Assembly (NCBI GenBank): GCA_017617635.1
Contig: JAFZVW010000029.1
Span: 814-64,813, forward strand
Reading direction: 5' to 3'
Origin: Bacteroidaceae bacterium
GTDB lineage: Bacteria > Bacteroidota > Bacteroidia > Bacteroidales > Bacteroidaceae
DNA: 64,000 nucleotides
In this document: piece by piece, positions 59,094 to 64,000 of the stretch
How the letters are laid out: the number at the start of each line of letters is the position of its first letter
Position numbering within the stretch: the first letter of the stretch is position 1
Program-made: the position numbers and the translations under genes
The notes under the pieces: model-generated
What the model saw: the letters and a program-made list of their open reading frames with translations, nothing else
The model's database searches: none
What the model was told of the DNA's origin: nothing

Positions 59094-59290
59094 TTTCTGT
59101 TGTCAAACTCCCCAGAAATGCTCTCCATTATCGTCGGGTCAAGTTCTGCTGCCCGTTTCAGGTCGGCAATCGCACCAGGATGGTCTCCAGCCATCATCTT
59201 CAGCCGTCCGCGCTCTTTCAGGACATTGGCGTTTTCACCGTTCTGCTCCAGCTCGTCAGTAAGGGCCTTTATGATAAAGTCATAATTCAT
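59090..59290 (-). CDS. Small TPR-like protein (66 aa)
   Basis: ATG ORF with an ATGA overlap onto pheA. NANVLKERGRLKMMAGDHPGAIADLKRAAELDP reads as one TPR unit. Confidence 0.5.
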   Translation of the reverse strand: MNYDFIIKALTDELEQNGENANVLKERGRLKMMAGDHPGAIADLKRAAELDPTIMESISGEFDNRK

Positions 59291-59308
59291 AATTCATAAT
59301 TCATAATT
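59281..59308. repeat. Tandem heptamer array, CATAATT x4 (perfect)
   Basis: On the minus strand it reads AATTATG x4. The last unit supplies the ATG (59290) of the small TPR ORF. Confidence 0.9.
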
Positions 59309-59310
59309 GT

Positions 59311-59362
59311 GGAACAACTATGGAACGGGCGAAGCCCATGGAACAACTGTTTAACTACCATT
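59311..59362. repeat. Copy 2 of the GGAACAACTATGGAAC / 25-mer motif, with an inserted GGGCGAAGCCC mini-hairpin
   Basis: ggaacaactatggaac (59311-59326), gggcgaagccc (59327-59337), atggaacaactgtttaactaccatt (59338-59362). Confidence 0.85.
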
Positions 59363-60066
59363 TATCCCTTCAGCTCCTCGACAATCCTGATATTTACCTT
59401 GCATAGTTCCTCGCTTGCCATTGCCAGGTTGCGCTTGAACTCGTCATAAGTCTCCGCGCTGTTGTCACACAAATCCGTGACGCTCTTGACCAGAAGTACC
59501 GGCACGTTGTACAGCGAGCACACGAATGCGACTGCAGCACCCTCCATATCCTTCAGCTCACCGTTGTTCTCCTTTATCATCTGCAAGTCACACGGCTGCA
59601 TGTCCAGCGAGCTGCCTGTCGTTACCTTGCCCATTGGCAGGTTCAGTTTTTCCGCCAAAGCCTTGGTTCCATCCCACACGGGATAGTTGCCCAGTGCCTG
59701 AGTGCCCCATTCGTCATCACCCGGCACGCGGCGGTCGTGGAACATTACGGCATTCCCAAGATACACCTTGGCAATATCAGCTCCGTTGCTGCTGAATGCT
59801 CCGCATGTGCCGCTGTTTATCACCAGGTCGGGATGCAGCTTCTGTATAGCCGCCTGTGTGGCGACACTTGCCGATTCGCAGCCTATCAGGTCGCTTCCAT
59901 GCACCTTCCCGTTCAGTACGACATACAGGTCAGTGGCCGAACCCATCCTGGCATGATACAGCCTGCAGGGCAGCGGACTGAAGAAGCCAGGTACTTCCTG
60001 CACCCCGAAATTGTCAATGAACGGCTGTGCCTCGGCCTGCATGGCCACGATATATGCTATTATCAT
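59362..60066 (-). CDS. PNP_UDP_1-family nucleosidase (5'-methylthioadenosine/S-adenosylhomocysteine-nucleosidase-like)
   Basis: 234 aa. N-terminal MIIAYIVAMQAEAQPF, GTCGAF, and MEGAAVAFVC motifs are typical of MTA/SAH nucleosidases. Confidence 0.65.
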   Translation of the reverse strand: MIIAYIVAMQAEAQPFIDNFGVQEVPGFFSPLPCRLYHARMGSATDLYVVLNGKVHGSDLIGCESASVATQAAIQKLHPDLVINSGTCGAFSSNGADIAKVYLGNAVMFHDRRVPGDDEWGTQALGNYPVWDGTKALAEKLNLPMGKVTTGSSLDMQPCDLQMIKENNGELKDMEGAAVAFVCSLYNVPVLLVKSVTDLCDNSAETYDEFKRNLAMASEELCKVNIRIVEELKG

Positions 60067-60120
60067 ATTTCATAATAATTCATAATGGCGCAAATATACG
60101 TTTTTTTCGATAAATATTTG

Positions 60121-60128
60121 TACTTTTG
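60121..60128 (+). promoter_or_regulatory. -7 promoter box TACTTTTG for the alanine:cation symporter gene
   Basis: Exact TAnnTTTG match, 9 nt upstream of the ATG at 60137. Confidence 0.45.
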
Positions 60129-60136
60129 CACGCGAA

Positions 60137-61456
60137 ATGAGTCAATATATAGCCTTTTTGTCAGCACAATTGTGGGGATGGCCCATGATTCTGCTTTTAT
60201 TGGGGACCCACATATACCTTACGGTGAGGCTCCGTTTCCCACAGCGTCATATATTCCGCGCAATCAAAATGAGTTTCACGTCCGACAAGGGCAGCCACGG
60301 GGATGTCTCCCAGTTCGGTGCCCTTGCAACAGCCCTGGCGGCAACAATAGGTACAGGCAACATCGTCGGAGTCGGTACCGCTGTGTGGCTGGGAGGTCCC
60401 GGAGCCGTTCTGTGGTGCTGGCTCACCGGCGTATTCGGTATCTCTACCAAGTATGCCGAGGCGCTTCTGGCGGTAAAATACCGTGTTAAGGACCGCAAGG
60501 GTAATATGCACGGAGGTCCAATGTACGCACTGCTGCGAGGCCTCGGATGGCGTCATCTTGCCATACTGTTCAGCATTTTCACTGCAGTTGCCGCACTGGG
60601 AATAGGAAATATGGTTCAGTGCAATGCCATATCGTTGCTGTGCTACGAGAGTTTTCAGATTCCCGTATGGCAGAGCAGCGCTGTTGTCGCAATACTTACA
60701 GCCGTTGTCATCCTGGGCGGTGTGAAGAGCATTTCCCGCATCTGTTCGGCCTTTGTGCCCCTGATGGCATTGCTCTATGTGCTGGGTTGCGTGTATATCC
60801 TGATAATAAACGCCCAATATATAATTCCGTCCCTGCAGCTGATACTGCGCAGTGCCTTCTCTCCGCGTTCTGCGGCAGGAGGCATGATGGGCGGCGGTAT
60901 CATGATGGCTGCACGCTACGGTATTGCACGCGGACTTTTCAGTAACGAGTCAGGTCTTGGCTCCGCTCCCATAGTAGCGGCAGCAGCGCGTACACGAAGC
61001 ATGGTGCGGCAGGCTCTGGTGTCCAGCACAGGAACATTCTGGGACACTGTAGTCGTATGTGCGATGACAGGCCTGGTCATCGTCAGCAGCGTACTGGCGC
61101 ACAGCGGGATTGACTTCAATGCAGGCGGAGCCCTGACTCATGCAGCATTTGCGACTATTCCGTACGTCGGAACACCCCTGCTGCTGTTCGGCATAATTAC
61201 ATTTGCCTTCAGCACAATACTGGGATGGAGCTATTATGGCGAGAAGGGAATAGAGTTCCTGACAGGAACACGTGCGCGGATACCGTATCGCATCGTTTAT
61301 GTAATATTCACCTTTCTGGGTGGAACAATGCCGCTTGCACTTGTATGGAATATCTCGGACCTGGCAAACGGTATGATGTGTATTCCCAACCTGGTATGCG
61401 TGCTGGCCCTGTCAGGAGTCATAGTGCGTGAAACACGCAAGGCTAACATGCTTTGA
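60137..61456 (+). CDS. Alanine/glycine:cation symporter (AGCS) family transporter
   Basis: 439 aa. ALATALAATIGTGNIVGVGTAVWLGGPGAVLWCW is the AGCS signature region, with about 10-11 TM segments. Confidence 0.85.
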   Translation: MSQYIAFLSAQLWGWPMILLLLGTHIYLTVRLRFPQRHIFRAIKMSFTSDKGSHGDVSQFGALATALAATIGTGNIVGVGTAVWLGGPGAVLWCWLTGVFGISTKYAEALLAVKYRVKDRKGNMHGGPMYALLRGLGWRHLAILFSIFTAVAALGIGNMVQCNAISLLCYESFQIPVWQSSAVVAILTAVVILGGVKSISRICSAFVPLMALLYVLGCVYILIINAQYIIPSLQLILRSAFSPRSAAGGMMGGGIMMAARYGIARGLFSNESGLGSAPIVAAAARTRSMVRQALVSSTGTFWDTVVVCAMTGLVIVSSVLAHSGIDFNAGGALTHAAFATIPYVGTPLLLFGIITFAFSTILGWSYYGEKGIEFLTGTRARIPYRIVYVIFTFLGGTMPLALVWNISDLANGMMCIPNLVCVLALSGVIVRETRKANML

Positions 61457-61459
61457 CAC

Positions 61460-62785
61460 TCATCTGCACATTTCGATGCACAGGATGTTCTGCAGCGACC
61501 TTGCCGATTCACTGCCCGTAATACTGTTCATCAGTATCGAGAAAGCCAGTACGTGACCGTTCTGCGCTTTCAGGTAGCCGGATAGGGTAGAGACGCCGTT
61601 CACTGTGCCCGTCTTGGCACGTACCTTGCTGTGTGCCAATGTGTTGCGCATACGTCTGCTCAGGGTTCCGTCCATACCGGCCTCGGGCATTGACTCCAGC
61701 AGGGGGCGGTATATCCTGGGATTCCTGTAAGCATATCTCAGCACCGATGTCAGCACCTCGGGCGTTGTCTTGTTGCCGTGCGAGAGCCCGCTGCCGTCCT
61801 GAATGGTATAGTCCTGAATCCGTGCCCCCGAACGCCTTACCATATCCCTTACACGCTCTTTGCAAGCCTCGTAGCTCCAGTTGCGGACACTGTCCTGGTT
61901 TACCAGGTTCAGCAGCATCGATTCGGCATAGGCGTTGTCGCTGTTCTTCATCATGCGCTTGAGCACCACAGGCAGCGGTGTTGCCAGTGAAGTGTACAGG
62001 TCGCCTATGCTGTCACGAGCGTTGTTGAACGTAGTATAAGGAGTGTTGGATGAGAAAGTTACGCCATCATTCTTCAACGAAGACACCACGTTCTGTACAA
62101 TGCTCCGCGACGAGTGCTTGTTCCAGAACCACTCCTGGTAAGGCATGCTGTTTTTCAGCGGCAGATAGCTGATTACGCTGCCGTCAATCGAATCCACGTC
62201 CATACCCAGCAGCTTCTTGGCGATGTAATCCGCAGCCTCCTTGTCCAGCGTCGGGTCAAAGCGGTCGTGGATATAGATATTTCCCTTCACATACTCGTGT
62301 TCGGCCGAGTCACGGCAGAAATACAGATCCGTCCTGATGTCCGTCTTGAAATGATATCCTGCACCCAGGTCGTCAAGCGCGGCAACGGCAACGAAAATCT
62401 TCTGGTTGCTTGCAGGGATGAACAGTTCCTCGCTGTTATGCCTGTATATCATCGAGTCGCTTGTCAGGTCCCACACGGCGATTCCTATGCGGTCACGCAG
62501 CGTAATTGTCTTGCGCGTCGTGGTATAGGTATACCTTCTGTTCCTGCGGCCGCGTCGCACGGGGACACGTGTCCTGACCGTGACCGTTGCAGTACGGTGG
62601 CGTTCCAGCATCGAATCCAGACGAAAGCGGAAACTCTCCTCCCACGTCATAGGAATCTGAGGGACGATATCCACGGTGTCCTCCTCGATGTTCACCACGA
62701 TTTCCTCCTCCTCGTCAGTATACTGGGCCTTCGCACCGGTGACGAATGCAGACAACAGTAGCAAAGGCAGTAATAATCTCTTCAT
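61460..62785 (-). CDS. dacB: D-alanyl-D-alanine carboxypeptidase/endopeptidase (PBP4, peptidase S13)
   Basis: 441 aa with a signal peptide. Motifs SNQK (SxxK), DGSGLS (SxN-like) and KTGT. Confidence 0.8.
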   Translation of the reverse strand: MKRLLLPLLLLSAFVTGAKAQYTDEEEEIVVNIEEDTVDIVPQIPMTWEESFRFRLDSMLERHRTATVTVRTRVPVRRGRRNRRYTYTTTRKTITLRDRIGIAVWDLTSDSMIYRHNSEELFIPASNQKIFVAVAALDDLGAGYHFKTDIRTDLYFCRDSAEHEYVKGNIYIHDRFDPTLDKEAADYIAKKLLGMDVDSIDGSVISYLPLKNSMPYQEWFWNKHSSRSIVQNVVSSLKNDGVTFSSNTPYTTFNNARDSIGDLYTSLATPLPVVLKRMMKNSDNAYAESMLLNLVNQDSVRNWSYEACKERVRDMVRRSGARIQDYTIQDGSGLSHGNKTTPEVLTSVLRYAYRNPRIYRPLLESMPEAGMDGTLSRRMRNTLAHSKVRAKTGTVNGVSTLSGYLKAQNGHVLAFSILMNSITGSESARSLQNILCIEMCR

Positions 62786-62885
62786 TATGGTGCCGGTGTG
62801 CTATATCTTGTGTGCAAAATTAAGTTTTTCTCCTCTGAATACGAAGTTTTTTGCCGATAAAGTACGTTTTTCCTGATATTTAGAT

Positions 62886-62893
62886 TAACTTTG
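62886..62893 (+). promoter_or_regulatory. -7 promoter box TAACTTTG for the lipoprotein gene
   Basis: Exact TAnnTTTG match, 37 nt upstream of the ATG at 62930. Confidence 0.45.
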
Positions 62894-62929
62894 AGGGGAA
62901 ATCGAAACCAGAAGCGACAGATAATAACC

Positions 62930-63673
62930 ATGAACGACATGATAAACCGCACTTTGACACCCTCCCTGCGGAAGGTCGGGTGGGGGCTCCTGTTTTTCAT
63001 TGCCCTCATTCTCACATCCTGCAGCAAGGGACGCGTCATCACATCCCGTATCGAGGATGATGCGGCAGTACTGCATGCCGACAGCACCCTGCGTGATACC
63101 GTTTTCATTGACCTCAGCCGTCATTGGTCCGACTACGGGAGTTTTCTGTTTCAGGATCTTGGCAACGAGAAGTACGGCAACGGCAAGTACCACCGTGTAG
63201 GCGAAGTCCTTCTCAGTATTGACAGCGGAACCGGTGACAGCATCGTCAGCGCCTACAAGGAAGTCACCTTCTATCCTGTCATCCGTCGCGACCATATCGA
63301 CGAGGCCGACCAGGACTATATTATACTTCCGCACCTGGGTTATGCCATACACGAGGAGCTTCCCGTATCCAACGGCCTTGTAGGCTATCCGCATGGCGAG
63401 GTCTATGCCCTCAATCCCGCCTACAGACACTTTTCCGGCATACCCCGCCGCGACGTAGTCAAGTCAGCACGCGAAGCCTGCAAGGACAGTCAGTACAAGA
63501 GCCTTTGGCGCCGCTATGCCATGAGCTACCGTCGCGGAGATTTCCTCAAGGACGGCATGTTCACCCACTTTCCCATATACTACAGGATAGTTCTCAACTG
63601 CAAGGACTCCGACAACAAGACATATCAGAGAAGCATTACATATACCGAGCATCCCATGACGTTTAATCCGTAA
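62930..63673 (+). CDS. Hypothetical lipoprotein
   Basis: Start at MNDMINRTL ... LLFFIALILTSC (lipobox). 247 aa with no recognisable motif. Confidence 0.55.
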   Translation: MNDMINRTLTPSLRKVGWGLLFFIALILTSCSKGRVITSRIEDDAAVLHADSTLRDTVFIDLSRHWSDYGSFLFQDLGNEKYGNGKYHRVGEVLLSIDSGTGDSIVSAYKEVTFYPVIRRDHIDEADQDYIILPHLGYAIHEELPVSNGLVGYPHGEVYALNPAYRHFSGIPRRDVVKSAREACKDSQYKSLWRRYAMSYRRGDFLKDGMFTHFPIYYRIVLNCKDSDNKTYQRSITYTEHPMTFNP

Positions 63674-63712
63674 TTCACAATTCATAATTCATAATGCATA
63701 ATTCATAATATA
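63671..63712. repeat. Tandem heptamer array, TAATTCA-type x6
   Basis: taattca caattca taattca taatgca taattca taatata runs from the stop codon (63671-63673) to 2 nt before the next ATG (63715). Confidence 0.9.
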
Positions 63713-63714
63713 TT

Positions 63715-64000
63715 ATGACAGATCAAGATAGAAAATTCATGCAGATGGCCATAGATGCCAGCATACAGAATGTAAAGAACGGCGGAGGTCCATTCGGAGC
63801 CGTCATCGTACGTAACGGACAGGTCATTGCCACAGGCGTCAACCGCGTAACCGCCAACAACGACCCGACGGCACATGCCGAGGTTTCCGCCATACGCAGC
63901 GCCTGTGCACAGTTGGGAACCTTCCACCTGCAGGACTGCGTCATCTACACTTCATGCGAGCCCTGTCCCATGTGCCTCAGCGCAATATACTGGAGCGGCA
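63715..64000 (+). CDS. Guanine-deaminase-like CDA-fold nucleoside deaminase (partial; runs off the window)
   Basis: My own translation: MTDQDRKFMQMAIDASIQNVKNGGGPFGAVIVRNGQVIATGVNRVTANNDPTAHAEVSAIR ... CEPCPMCLSAIYWSG. It carries the HAE and PCxxC zinc motifs. Confidence 0.75.
   Translation, partial: MTDQDRKFMQMAIDASIQNVKNGGGPFGAVIVRNGQVIATGVNRVTANNDPTAHAEVSAIRSACAQLGTFHLQDCVIYTSCEPCPMCLSAIYWSG

Noticed and set aside
1-64000. tRNA, rRNA or tmRNA genes in the intergenic regions.
   Set aside because: I read all gaps larger than 60 bp. None shows cloverleaf-like stems or conserved T-loop (GTTCRANYC) sequences. The hairpins present are terminator-like.

Overview
This 64-kb chromosomal window looks like Bacteroidota, probably Prevotella/Segatella-like. 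That assignment is an inference from four things: TAnnTTTG -7 promoter boxes in front of most operons, no Shine-Dalgarno sequences, T9SS C-terminal sorting domains, and an OmpA with a coiled coil. I support about 50 densely packed protein genes. I recognised no rRNA, tRNA, CRISPR array, transposase or integrase.

Housekeeping blocks:
- yidC
- engB
- secG, lptE and a sigma-54 activator
- rlmN
- rmuC
- an aromatic amino-acid operon (pheA, aminotransferase, DAHP synthase/chorismate mutase, tyrA)
- trmO
- an MTA/SAH-nucleosidase-like gene
- an alanine:cation symporter
- dacB
- a guanine-deaminase-like gene, partial at the right edge

Surface and accessory content:
- a T9SS-exported M60-like metallopeptidase
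- an alkaline phosphatase
- a GH109-like oxidoreductase/glycosidase followed by a FadL-like porin
- an AT-rich BspA-type LRR protein that ends in a dockerin-like module
- a C10 (streptopain-family) cysteine peptidase with an LRR tail, followed by a frameshifted T9SS-CTD remnant
- an 1171-aa T9SS-exported LamG-LamG-GH18 protein with a recently duplicated 136-aa domain

Best candidates for something undescribed:
1. A full RIC/YtfE-like di-iron (ScdA_N + hemerythrin) module fused to a LuxR HTH. It is transcribed divergently from a translationally coupled five-gene operon: TonB-dependent receptor, small lipoprotein, OM barrel, LTD-like lipoprotein and M16 peptidase.
2. A tightly packed rlmN-lipoprotein-acidic protein-CDP-alcohol phosphatidyltransferase-IspD-like cytidylyltransferase operon, which suggests a CDP-alcohol-based lipid head-group pathway.
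3. Several families of short dispersed intergenic repeats: tandem heptamers CATAATT and TACGAT[GT] abutting start codons, a 19-mer, a 25-mer, and a ~24-bp periodic palindrome array.

All family assignments come from motif recognition by eye. No searches or statistics were run.
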